This document shows, piece by piece, positions 1 to 7,425 of a DNA stretch of 32,000 nt. The first letter of the stretch is position 1. Each line of letters opens with the position of its first letter. The DNA is taken from the NCBI GenBank assembly GCA_018268465.1, contig JAFDWN010000003.1:43653-75652 (forward strand), in the 5' to 3' direction. The stretch comes from Actinomycetota bacterium (GTDB taxonomy: Bacteria; Actinomycetota; Actinomycetes; Mycobacteriales; Mycobacteriaceae). Below the pieces are notes generated by a model that was given only the letters and a program-made list of their open reading frames with translations, was not told where the DNA came from and made no database searches. A program made the position numbers and the translations under genes.

Positions 1-7
1 CACACCA

Positions 8-946
8 TTGACCGCGCCAGCGCACGTCGACGCCGATCTTCCTGGAGGCCTGGGCACGCAGGGGCTTGCAGAGGTATCGATGCATGCGCCAGGGGTGAAC
101 TATGACGCCCGCTTCCGGATCCGGACGCCCGCCGGTACGGCCGGTGAAGAGCTGTCATTCGCTATGACGGCAACCTCGGGCCCTGACGGGACCGGGACAC
201 GAGAATATGGCACCGACGCCACCGGTTTTCTCACTATCGAGGTACTCAGTGACACTGAAAACCGCACGGGGACATGGAATGTTAGCCGCGCGAACCTGGT
301 CGGCGCCGAGGTTGTCTCCGCACTGCCCGCCATTGAATTCATGCAGGACCTTGTGGCGCCCAACACCCTGCAGGTCGCGCAACGACTGGGCCCCTTCGTC
401 GACTACCGTGACATTCCCGACGAAAAACAACCCAGATTCCCCGACGAGGTCATGGATTACCTTCGCGCCCTGGTAATCATCCAACAGCACACCGCCACGC
501 CGATCCGTATCCCGGACTTGACCACGCTGACCAGACGCGACATCGACGCCGTTTTTGAAGCGTCGGCGCTCGTGAACGGTCAAGCGGTGATCACTACTTG
601 GGATCGCCTAGGCACGATCCCTACTGGCCCGGGGGACGAAGCAGGGCCAGAACACGAAATCCAGTTCACTAGCGAATACCAGCTCCTGCTGATGCGCAAG
701 CTCATCGTGGACGTAGGTGATCAGAAACTTCTGCTGGGAACAGTCGCGCAGTACGCACTATCGGCCAGGTACGAAGTGGAGGGCAGTGTCCTCGTCGCAC
801 GTCCGTATCGCAACGACACGTTGCAGAAGACGTTTTCGCCCTTGCCGGATGCGGCGGGCGCGATGGAGGGCCACGTGCTCGGACGCATCGTAGGGGCGCT
901 CGACGAGCCACCCGGGTCCGTGCCTGCTGAGTCGACCGCCGACTAA
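8..946 (+). CDS. hypothetical protein (312 aa), possibly 5'-truncated by window edge
   Basis: Long ORF with balanced, non-repetitive composition. The TTG start lies only 7 nt from the window edge. Overlapping antisense and alternative-frame ORFs are R/P/S-rich junk. Confidence 0.6.
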   Translation: MTAPAHVDADLPGGLGTQGLAEVSMHAPGVNYDARFRIRTPAGTAGEELSFAMTATSGPDGTGTREYGTDATGFLTIEVLSDTENRTGTWNVSRANLVGAEVVSALPAIEFMQDLVAPNTLQVAQRLGPFVDYRDIPDEKQPRFPDEVMDYLRALVIIQQHTATPIRIPDLTTLTRRDIDAVFEASALVNGQAVITTWDRLGTIPTGPGDEAGPEHEIQFTSEYQLLLMRKLIVDVGDQKLLLGTVAQYALSARYEVEGSVLVARPYRNDTLQKTFSPLPDAAGAMEGHVLGRIVGALDEPPGSVPAESTAD

Positions 947-966
947 GCCCCTCCGTTTAGGTCGGG

Positions 967-1134
967 TCAGAAGGGGCGCTCAGGGTCGACGTTGGCGGTC
1001 TCTCCGGCTGCGGGTTGCCATCCGCTGTCGGGGTCGAGGAAGTCTTCCGGCCAGGGGGCGGGTATGCCGTCCTGGTCGTGCCAGCCGGTCGCGCCGACAT
1101 TGGTGAGTATGTCGAGGTAAGCCTGACGGGGCAA
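967..1134 (-). CDS. small hypothetical protein (55 aa from TTG)
   Basis: Hand translation gives LPRQAYLDILTNVGATGWHDQDGIPAPWPEDFLDPDSGWQPAAGETANVDPERPF, which is protein-like. The frame stays open up to 1200 but has no earlier start codon. It may be a remnant. Confidence 0.3.
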   Translation of the reverse strand: MPRQAYLDILTNVGATGWHDQDGIPAPWPEDFLDPDSGWQPAAGETANVDPERPF

Positions 1135-1160
1135 TCCGGGGAAGCGCCCAGGGCGGCAAA

Positions 1161-1222
1161 GCGGCTTCGAAACCCGTGCCGGGCACCATGACCCGAAGGT
1201 TCAATTCCTTTGCCCTCCGCCA
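1161..1222 (+). other. tRNA-Ser(CGA)-like 3' fragment (anticodon arm to CCA), att-type remnant
   Basis: Anticodon stem GCGGC/CCCGT with loop TTCGAAA (anticodon CGA). 17-nt variable region with a GGG/CCC stem. T arm GAAGG-TTCAATT-CCTTT, acceptor 3' strand GCCCTCC, discriminator G, then CCA. The upstream 25 nt cannot supply the 5' acceptor strand (GGAGGGC) or a D arm. Confidence 0.45.
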
Positions 1223-1407
1223 ACAGTCACCGCCTCCGTAGTCTGTGCAGCGAGCCTCTGCCTCGCGCTGTTGCGGGGTCGACTGCCGCTGGCGGGGCTA
1301 CTGCCACTTCGGGCGCGCTCTCACGTGTCGCGACAGCGGGCGATGGACCCGGATCCGGTCGAGCGGATGCTTGTATGCGACCTGCGGAGACAGAACGAAT
1401 TCCCTGG

Positions 1408-1773
1408 TCATCGAGTCGAGGGGGATGCTTTGCACTCGCCGGTGGCACCGTCATTGCCGATGAGTCGGTAGGCCCGGGCCAGGGTGATCGGGTCGATGCG
1501 GTGCGATTGGCGGTCGAATCCGCCGTTGCCGCCGCGGCGCGGATTGATCTTGACGTAGCGGGTGGTGCGTGCCCGGTCGATCCCCGCGACCTGAACGATC
1601 CGGATCCGCTGATGATCGGCATCGAGTCGGCGGTCGGGGTTCAGCAGCGAGATGGTGCCGATGTGCTCCCAGACCTGGCCCTGTTCGATGTGCAGGGTGG
1701 CGGCCTGGGCGTGCAGCCAGGCCAGGGTGGCCTGCTTGCGGGAGCGCTGCTCGGGGGTGAGGTCGTAGCTCAC
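1408..1773 (-). CDS. hypothetical protein (121 aa)
   Basis: GTG start overlaps the upstream stop (GTGA). The translation VSYDLTPEQRSRKQATLAWLHAQAATLHIEQGQVWEHIG... is protein-like. The longer N-terminal extension of the tracked ORF is R/P junk. Confidence 0.6.
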   Translation of the reverse strand: MSYDLTPEQRSRKQATLAWLHAQAATLHIEQGQVWEHIGTISLLNPDRRLDADHQRIRIVQVAGIDRARTTRYVKINPRRGGNGGFDRQSHRIDPITLARAYRLIGNDGATGECKASPSTR

Positions 1774-2066
1774 GGGTTCTCGTCGGGGTCGAGGTGGGCG
1801 ATCGCGGCGCGGTCCTCCTCGGTGTCGGCGGCGACCAGGGCGCGGTCTTCGCCGGCGTCCAGCCATGGCCGGCTGGGGTCGGCGATGCTGCGGCGGCTGA
1901 TGTCTCGGCCGAGGATCGCGGCGGCCCACGCTTCGCCGCGGCGGTCGAGCACCTTGGTGCACTGATAGATGATGCTGGGGTCGACGAATCGGCCGGCGGC
2001 GCGGTCGGCGGCGATGCTGTCGGCGCGCAGCTGGACCAGTCGGTCGGCTGGAATGTGAGTCACCAT
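1770..2066 (-). CDS. hypothetical protein (98 aa)
   Basis: Internal ATG (MVTHIPADRLVQLRADSI...) is preceded by GAAAGG. It starts 16 nt after the stop of the upstream gene and is coupled to the downstream gene by a GTGA overlap. Confidence 0.6.
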   Translation of the reverse strand: MVTHIPADRLVQLRADSIAADRAAGRFVDPSIIYQCTKVLDRRGEAWAAAILGRDISRRSIADPSRPWLDAGEDRALVAADTEEDRAAIAHLDPDENP

Positions 2067-2082
2067 GAAGTCGCGGCCTTTC

Positions 2083-2361
2083 TCAGTCGGTGGTGCCGTC
2101 GTGTGACAGGCGAGCGATGACCTGCTCGGCCTTGTGCGCTCCGGATGCGTATCCACCCCACGGCCAGCCAGGGTGGTGCTTGGTGGTACCCGACCACTCC
2201 TCAGCGTCGAGGACTCGGCCGCGGTCGCCGAAATTCACCAGGACGGTCTCGTCGCCGCGACGGTAGTAGGTGTACGGGTCGTAGTGGCCCTGCTTGGCCT
2301 CGGGCGCGACGGTCCAGCCGAACTGCTGGGCAACGGCCTGGAGGCGGTCATATCCGCTCAT
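2083..2361 (-). CDS. hypothetical protein (92 aa)
   Basis: ATG is preceded by a GGGAAGG SD. The composition is protein-like (MSGYDRLQAVAQQFGWTVAPEAK...). Confidence 0.65.
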   Translation of the reverse strand: MSGYDRLQAVAQQFGWTVAPEAKQGHYDPYTYYRRGDETVLVNFGDRGRVLDAEEWSGTTKHHPGWPWGGYASGAHKAEQVIARLSHDGTTD

Positions 2362-2379
2362 CGTCGGGCACCTTCCCTG

Positions 2380-3288
2380 TCAGGTGGGGATGCCGTTGGC
2401 GGCGACCCAGGCCTGCAGGCCCGGCATGAGGTTGTCGACCACGATCTGACCGCCGTGTTTCGTGGCGTCCCGCAAGGCCTTTCGGGCGTCGGTGTTGAAT
2501 CTCTTGTCGGCCTTGGCCTCGTACTCGGCCATCAGAGCGGCCGGGTCGGCGCCTTGCTTGGCGGCCAGGGCGTTGACCGCGGCGGCGACGGTGCGCTTCC
2601 ACTGCGCTGCGGATGGGTGGTCCTCCCCGTACCAGCGCAGGCTCGACATGATGCTGCTGATCTCGTTGGTGGCGGCGCGGTCGGTCTTGTACAGGGTCTT
2701 GCCGGTGTTGGGGTCGATGACTGCTGCGGCCGCAGCGGCCTGGGACTTGGCGGCTTTCTCGGCGGCGCGCTGTTCGCGCTCGACGTCGCTGGGGCGGCGG
2801 ATTTCACCGACTCGTTTGAGGACATCGGCAGGTGCGCTCGGGTAGCACACGGTGCAGGCGAGTTCGCCGCTAGCACAGACGATTTCGTCTTCGGTCTTGC
2901 CGCTGTAGTCGGTCAGCCAGGCGTACCGGGTGGTGGGGTAGCAGCTGGCGCAACAAGTGGACGAGTGCACGTGGCCGCCGGTGTTCTGCACCAGGTAGGC
3001 GCGGGCCCAGCCGCCGCGACGGTCGTACTCGTCGTGGTAGGGCTGCATCTGCTCGGTCAGCTCTCGAATCCGGGGGGCGCACTGGTTGGCCTGGGCTTCC
3101 AGGCGGTCAGCGTGGGCCGTATCGGGGTTGCGCCGGCTGCGGGCCTGGGCGGCGGCGATGCGCAGATGCTCGGCGCGGTCGATGAGCACGGCGCGCTGGT
3201 AGCCGATGCGGCTCAGCTCGGCGTCGATCTGCGGAGGGGTCTGATCCCGCAGAGGGATCGTGGCCGTCGTCGTGTCGGTGGTTGTCAT
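2380..3288 (-). CDS. hypothetical Cys-cluster protein (302 aa)
   Basis: Start taken at the internal ATG (MTTTDTTTATIPL...), which overlaps the upstream stop as ATGA. Contains the cluster HSSTCCASCYPTT...IVCASGELACTVCYPSAP. The tracked N-terminal 70 aa is R/P junk. Confidence 0.65.
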   Translation of the reverse strand: MTTTDTTTATIPLRDQTPPQIDAELSRIGYQRAVLIDRAEHLRIAAAQARSRRNPDTAHADRLEAQANQCAPRIRELTEQMQPYHDEYDRRGGWARAYLVQNTGGHVHSSTCCASCYPTTRYAWLTDYSGKTEDEIVCASGELACTVCYPSAPADVLKRVGEIRRPSDVEREQRAAEKAAKSQAAAAAAVIDPNTGKTLYKTDRAATNEISSIMSSLRWYGEDHPSAAQWKRTVAAAVNALAAKQGADPAALMAEYEAKADKRFNTDARKALRDATKHGGQIVVDNLMPGLQAWVAANGIPT

Positions 3289-3638
3289 CGGTTGTTTCCT
3301 TTGAGGGCGCGCATGTACGGGGACTGGGCCGCCGCGCGGCGCTGCTCGTCGATGCGGCAAAGGTCGAGGACGAGGGTGGCGCACAGATGGTTGTGGGCGT
3401 TGATCGCTCGTGCTGTGGCGTCGCGGCGAGTGCGGCCGCGCAGATCGCGGACATGCCTGACGCCGAAAGGGTGGGCGACTTCGGCGGTGGCGATCCACAC
3501 GGGCTTGCTGACCTGGCCGCGGTGGTTGACCGACCGGGCCTTGGCGACTTCGCCGATCGTCTGGCCGTTCAGCTCGATCGCGTACCGCTCGATCGCGATC
3601 CGTCGGAAGGCGGGGGCGGTGGCGGCTGGCTGGCTCAT
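3285..3638 (-). CDS. hypothetical protein (117 aa), first gene of the leftward operon
   Basis: The ATG at 3638 lies 6 nt downstream of a TAAGGT (TANNNT) box inside TTGTAAGGTT, a leaderless-type layout. ATGA overlap with the next gene. Confidence 0.65.
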   Translation of the reverse strand: MSQPAATAPAFRRIAIERYAIELNGQTIGEVAKARSVNHRGQVSKPVWIATAEVAHPFGVRHVRDLRGRTRRDATARAINAHNHLCATLVLDLCRIDEQRRAAAQSPYMRALKGNNR

Positions 3639-3643
3639 GCCCT

Positions 3644-3689
3644 AACCTTACAACAGTGCCGCTGTAAAGTGCAAAGGTGTTGTAAAGTT
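3644..3689. promoter_or_regulatory. divergent promoter/operator region with TTGTAA(A/G)GTT motifs
   Basis: AACCTTACAA (3644-3653, minus-strand TTGTAAGGTT), CTGTAAAGT (3662-3670) and TTGTAAAGTT (3680-3689). The same decamer recurs at 13312-13356. Confidence 0.5.
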
Positions 3690-3696
3690 GCCGACC

Positions 3697-4173
3697 GTGA
3701 TCACCCTGCTGTCGCTGCGCGGGTTCGCCAACCGCCGCGGACTGGCCTTCGGCACCGTCCGCCGCTACTACGTCGAAAAACGCCTACCTGAGCCAGACGG
3801 CGAACTCACCGACGGCACCGACATCAGCCGCCCGGGCTGGCTCGCCGAAACGATCGACAACTGGCAACGACCCGGACAAGGTGCACGCACCGATCTGCAG
3901 GCAAAGAACGCCGAGCGAAGCGGACATTCGCGAGAACCAGAGAAACGCATGACTGATCACGAACCGCCTAAGCGTGGACAGGAATTCATGCACTCAAGCT
4001 TTCAGCGACAACTCCCTGACGGCACGCAAGGCTTCGCCGTGATGAAAGTGACCGCCGTCCGGCGCGGCGAGGTGTTCTACACCTACGCCGATAGCCCCAC
4101 CAACAAAGGTGATTGGCGAATGCCAATCGAGAACTGGATCAAGCGGTACGGGACCGCCGCCAGCCGCCCCTGA
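3697..4173 (+). CDS. HTH (excisionase/MerR-like) DNA-binding protein with an extra C-terminal domain
   Basis: N-terminus (V)ITLLSLRGFANRRGLAFGTVRRYYVEKRLPEPDGELTD...WLAETIDNWQRPGQGARTDL is a paralog of the 83-aa protein at 13055-13306. GTG 3697 aligns with the paralog start. TTG 3688 is an alternative start. Confidence 0.7.
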   Translation: MITLLSLRGFANRRGLAFGTVRRYYVEKRLPEPDGELTDGTDISRPGWLAETIDNWQRPGQGARTDLQAKNAERSGHSREPEKRMTDHEPPKRGQEFMHSSFQRQLPDGTQGFAVMKVTAVRRGEVFYTYADSPTNKGDWRMPIENWIKRYGTAASRP

Positions 4174-4239
4174 ATAGGTACGGGCGTTGCCGGATCTGGT
4201 CCTCTTGAAGATCGCCAGCGTGCTGGTGATGCTCGCTAC

Positions 4240-5352
4240 GTGACAATGATCGGCACGAAGAACCGCGACGACGCACCGGCAACTGGAGCTGCCTCAAGCT
4301 CATCTGCCGACCTGGGCTCAACCAGCCTTGGAGAATTGGCGGCCCACGACCCCGTGGAGTACGTTGCCGATCTACTCGGCTGCGGCGTAGCGGTCAGCGA
4401 CGGGGCACCGATCGTCGACCTCGATGACGCGTCGGATTTGCTGATCCAGCTCATCGAGCGGCGGCTCACCGCGGTCCATACCGCCAACAACGGGTTGCCG
4501 CTGGGGCTGCTGCTCTCGGGTGGCATCGATTCAATACTGGTCGCCGCGTGCGCGGCCAGGCTCGGGCTGCGGCCAACCGCCGTGACCGTGATGGCGATGA
4601 AGCCGGGCGGCGGCACACCGTACCAGAGCGGCGACGAACGAGGCGCGGCCGCCGCAGCGGCGCTGGGGTTGGCGCATTCGGCGGTGCGATTGACCCCCGA
4701 CGATGTTTTGGTGTCGGCCCGGGACTGTATCCCGCGGCTGGGGCTGACCGAGCTCTGGGAAGTCACCTCGGCGATACCCGTTCTCGCAGCGATCGACCGT
4801 CTTGACGCGAACGGAGCGAACGGGCCAGCGCTCTCCGGGGCCGGCGCCGACGCGCTGTTCCTGGGTGGCGGAGTCCTCACATCGGACCCGCAAACCGATG
4901 AGGCCGTCGAGGAGTACCGGGATCAGGTGCTGCACAACGTGCGCCGGTTCTTCACCCGGGCGCGCCTAATCCCGGACTACTACGAACGCCTGCTGGGCTC
5001 CCGATGGCACCGGTTTGTTCAAGTGTTCCAGACGATTTCGTTCTGGCAATACGCGCAGCTGATTCACCCGACGTTGTTGTGGCGAGCGGGACCGGACGGA
5101 CGTACCTACGACAAGTACGTGCTGAGATACTCGGCTCACCGCCTCGGGGTATCCGAGAAGCTGGCGTTCACGGCCAAAGAGCCTTTGCAGGTCTCATCGG
5201 GAATGGTTGCGGCACTGATGTATTGCGCCCGCCGCGAGCTGTCCGGCCGCGCGGCGAATCGGACGTACGCCGACCCGATGGTCGAGCCGGACGAACACAC
5301 CGCGGTACGTTGGTATCTCGAGCAGGTGAGCCGCGAACGCGACAATGAGTGA
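4240..5352 (+). CDS. asparagine synthase C-terminal-domain-like PP-loop ATPase (no glutaminase domain)
   Basis: PP-loop motif LLLSGGIDSILVA (SGGxDS) plus LSGAGADALFLGGG, which resembles the AsnB GEGADExFGGY motif. At 370 aa it is too short to include an N-terminal amidotransferase domain. Confidence 0.7.
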   Translation: MTMIGTKNRDDAPATGAASSSSADLGSTSLGELAAHDPVEYVADLLGCGVAVSDGAPIVDLDDASDLLIQLIERRLTAVHTANNGLPLGLLLSGGIDSILVAACAARLGLRPTAVTVMAMKPGGGTPYQSGDERGAAAAAALGLAHSAVRLTPDDVLVSARDCIPRLGLTELWEVTSAIPVLAAIDRLDANGANGPALSGAGADALFLGGGVLTSDPQTDEAVEEYRDQVLHNVRRFFTRARLIPDYYERLLGSRWHRFVQVFQTISFWQYAQLIHPTLLWRAGPDGRTYDKYVLRYSAHRLGVSEKLAFTAKEPLQVSSGMVAALMYCARRELSGRAANRTYADPMVEPDEHTAVRWYLEQVSRERDNE

Positions 5353-5797
5353 TCCGGAGGTGCCGTCAGCGTGCGCAAGGCGCGCCGGCGTTCACATGAC
5401 ACCGACAAGGCTGCTGCGGCAGCTCTGGGTATCCATGCGCCAACGGACTCCGACATCCCATGGAGCGCGTGCCGGCACCGCTAATGCTAATGCAGCGGAG
5501 ATCGCAACTGCGAACATCGACGAGCGAGCCATGCCGTACCTGCAAGGGCAAGAGGACGCGCGGTTGTTATTCAACGCCGGCCGGACCCCCGACTGGATCC
5601 TGATAGCGCAGTTGGACCCTAACCGCGCCGCGGGGATGCGCGCGGAGTGGGCCGAGGTCACCGGTTTCGGCAACATCACTGCGGGTTCCCACAAGGTCGA
5701 CATTCGCACTGGCAGAGCACTCGGGTTCGCCGCGCAACCCACGCTGAGGTCGCCCATTTCTTTTCCGCGCTGGGATACGACAACGGGCTCGGTGTGA
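5345..5797 (+). CDS. hypothetical protein (150 aa)
   Basis: ATG overlaps the upstream stop by 8 nt (ATGAGTGA). The middle part is protein-like (DERAMPYLQGQEDARLLFNAGRTPDWILIAQLD...); the N- and C-terminal ends are less convincing. Confidence 0.45.
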   Translation: MSDPEVPSACARRAGVHMTPTRLLRQLWVSMRQRTPTSHGARAGTANANAAEIATANIDERAMPYLQGQEDARLLFNAGRTPDWILIAQLDPNRAAGMRAEWAEVTGFGNITAGSHKVDIRTGRALGFAAQPTLRSPISFPRWDTTTGSV

Positions 5798-5848
5798 TGA
5801 ACGACTATATCGGCGAATCAGGGTACTGACTCCGGTGAAGGTACGACG

Positions 5849-6379
5849 GTGGGAGACAAGGTGAATGACGCATCGGGGCTCGTCGTCGTCGGCGGCGGGG
5901 CGGCTGATGAGGCTACTGATTTCGGCACCTGGGAGGACGCCTCACGGGCGCGTGAGGCCGCGCGGGTAAGCGAAGTGAACGACCGCCTGCCGAGGCCATA
6001 CGCCGGCACGCGAGTGGCGGTGGTATTGCCCCCGTCGGACACGATCCCAGCGGATTACGTCGAGATGGGGCGTATCGGGCAGTGGCGGCTCGGCGGCGAA
6101 CTCGAAGGTCTCGTCGTGTACGAAGGCGGCGAAATCCTCGCTGGCGATATGGACTTCGGCGGACCTGAAGCCGCGCGGAGGTGGGCGGCGGCGCTCCTAT
6201 CGGCGGCGGTCGTCTCCGAAGAAGCGACACGTAGCCTTGGCGACCGTCAGTGTCGGGTCTGCGGGTGCACTGATTCTGCGGCCTGCGAGACGATCACCGG
6301 GCCGTGCGCCTGGCGGGTCACCTACGCCGACGACACTGGCATCTGCACGGCCTGCCAGGTGCCCGGTAACCCGGCTTAG
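5849..6379 (+). CDS. hypothetical protein with Cys-rich C-terminal motif
   Basis: C-terminus is CRVCGCTDSAACETITGPCAWRVTYADDTGICTAC, with 8 Cys in 35 aa, suggesting a zinc-binding module. Confidence 0.6.
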   Translation: MGDKVNDASGLVVVGGGAADEATDFGTWEDASRAREAARVSEVNDRLPRPYAGTRVAVVLPPSDTIPADYVEMGRIGQWRLGGELEGLVVYEGGEILAGDMDFGGPEAARRWAAALLSAAVVSEEATRSLGDRQCRVCGCTDSAACETITGPCAWRVTYADDTGICTACQVPGNPA

Positions 6380-6400
6380 CTTAGGTAGGAGCGCGCAACG

Positions 6401-6727
6401 ATGACGAACACGGCCCCCACAGTCGGCGCGGTCGTGCGCGCAGTGCCGGTAGGCCAGACGCGGCGCCAGTTGATCGAGGTGACACGACTCGACGACGGCC
6501 GGGTGTTCGGTCGGCTGCTCTCTCGGAAATGGCCAGGCAACTATCGCGGTCGTGCGGTTGCGGATGTCGAGGCATGTGAGACGGTCGAGATGAAGACGGT
6601 GAGCCCCTGCTGTAGGGGTGAGGTGCTGGAGTTCGACTGCCCTCGCTGCCACGACGTTTATGAGTGCGTTGGCTGCCGCAGTGTTTGGGACGCCGGCGAC
6701 TTGATCAAACAACCAGTAGTCCCGTGA
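6401..6727 (+). CDS. small zinc-ribbon-like protein (108 aa)
   Basis: SPCCRGEVLEFDCPRCHDVYECVGCRSVW contains paired CxxC motifs. The ATG is preceded by TAGGAG. Confidence 0.6.
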   Translation: MTNTAPTVGAVVRAVPVGQTRRQLIEVTRLDDGRVFGRLLSRKWPGNYRGRAVADVEACETVEMKTVSPCCRGEVLEFDCPRCHDVYECVGCRSVWDAGDLIKQPVVP

Positions 6728-6765
6728 AAAGTCAGATTGTCGGTGCTTGAGAGGAGGATCGGAAC

Positions 6766-7074
6766 GTGCTGACGACGATTCATTCGGGGAAAGAGTTGGT
6801 CCACTTGGCGCTGAAAGAGCCTGCCGAAGATCTGGCTCAGTTCGCTGGCCGACTTGTCGACTACATCACCGATCAGGCGATGTTGGAGGCGGTAATGAGT
6901 TCGACCCCGAGCGATCCGGTGGTTGGCGTCGGTCCGGTGTTCACACGAACATTCGACGCGATGTTTCGCGCTGTCCTCGGCTATCTCGACCGGGTCAACC
7001 CCGACGGCGCTGACCTCCTTCGTGCCGGAATCAGCGACCTGGCCGAGGCTGCAGTGTCGGCCAGTCTGGACTAG
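6766..7074 (+). CDS. hypothetical protein (102 aa)
   Basis: GTG start is preceded by a strong SD (GAGAGGAGGA). Composition is helical and protein-like. Confidence 0.6.
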   Translation: MLTTIHSGKELVHLALKEPAEDLAQFAGRLVDYITDQAMLEAVMSSTPSDPVVGVGPVFTRTFDAMFRAVLGYLDRVNPDGADLLRAGISDLAEAAVSASLD

Positions 7075-7098
7075 GTAACAGGAGAGAGGGAAATTCGG

Positions 7099-7425
7099 AT
7101 GACGTCGACACGACCTCGGGTGACGCGAGTTCATGCGCTGTCGGTCATGGATCCGCGTGACGACCTGCTGGTGTTGGACGCAGACTCTCGGCTTAGCGTT
7201 GCGTCGTCGGCGACGTTTCTCGCTGGTGGCCGCGGGCGGATCGTCCTCTCGCGCGGAGACCTGCTCGACCACGGCGTGGCGCTGGCCGGCGACGGTCGCC
7301 GCTTCTCGGTGCGATTGTCGACCAGATCCTCGACGGCATCAACGAAGTCCGGTAACGGCACTCATGGGGTTGCACGCTCCGGACCTGTTGCGGAAGGGGC
7401 AGACGTTGGGAGGCACCGTGATTAG
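7099..7425 (+). CDS. hypothetical protein (108 aa)
   Basis: ATG is preceded by AGGAGAGAGGGA. The C-terminal third is S/T/G/R-rich and less convincing. Confidence 0.5.
   Translation: MTSTRPRVTRVHALSVMDPRDDLLVLDADSRLSVASSATFLAGGRGRIVLSRGDLLDHGVALAGDGRRFSVRLSTRSSTASTKSGNGTHGVARSGPVAEGADVGRHRD

Noticed and set aside
1137-1222. Complete tRNA gene
   Set aside because: Only the anticodon arm through CCA can be folded. The 5' region CGGGGAAGCGCCCAGGGCGGCAAA cannot pair with acceptor strand GCCCTCC or form a D arm. It is called a fragment, not a tRNA.
1210-1965. 251-aa plus-strand ORF and the 131/184-aa minus-strand ORFs as tracked
   Set aside because: The plus ORF is a shadow of the minus-strand genes. 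The tracked minus ORFs have R/P-rich N-terminal extensions. Shorter versions starting at GTGA/ATGA overlaps are used instead.
2134-3645. 503-aa ORF on the plus strand
   Set aside because: It is antisense to three well-formed, coupled minus-strand genes. Its translation is G/A/V/R-rich low complexity, typical of shadow ORFs in high-GC DNA.
4240-5352. Lasso-peptide cyclase (McjC-like) interpretation of the AsnB-like gene
   Set aside because: No B-type transglutaminase-like protease, RRE/PqqD-like protein or ABC exporter is nearby. The protein is much shorter than lasso cyclases, and no plausible precursor with a Gly/Cys-1 and Asp/Glu-8/9 core was identified.
5647-5829. Possible frameshift joining 5345-5797 to the alternative-frame tail ...HAEVAHFFSALGYDNGLGVMNDYIGESGY
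   Set aside because: The alternative-frame tail looks more protein-like than the annotated C-terminus. However, third-position GC is similar in both frames (about 71-72 percent in my count) and there is no paralog to anchor an alignment. Left as a caveat only.
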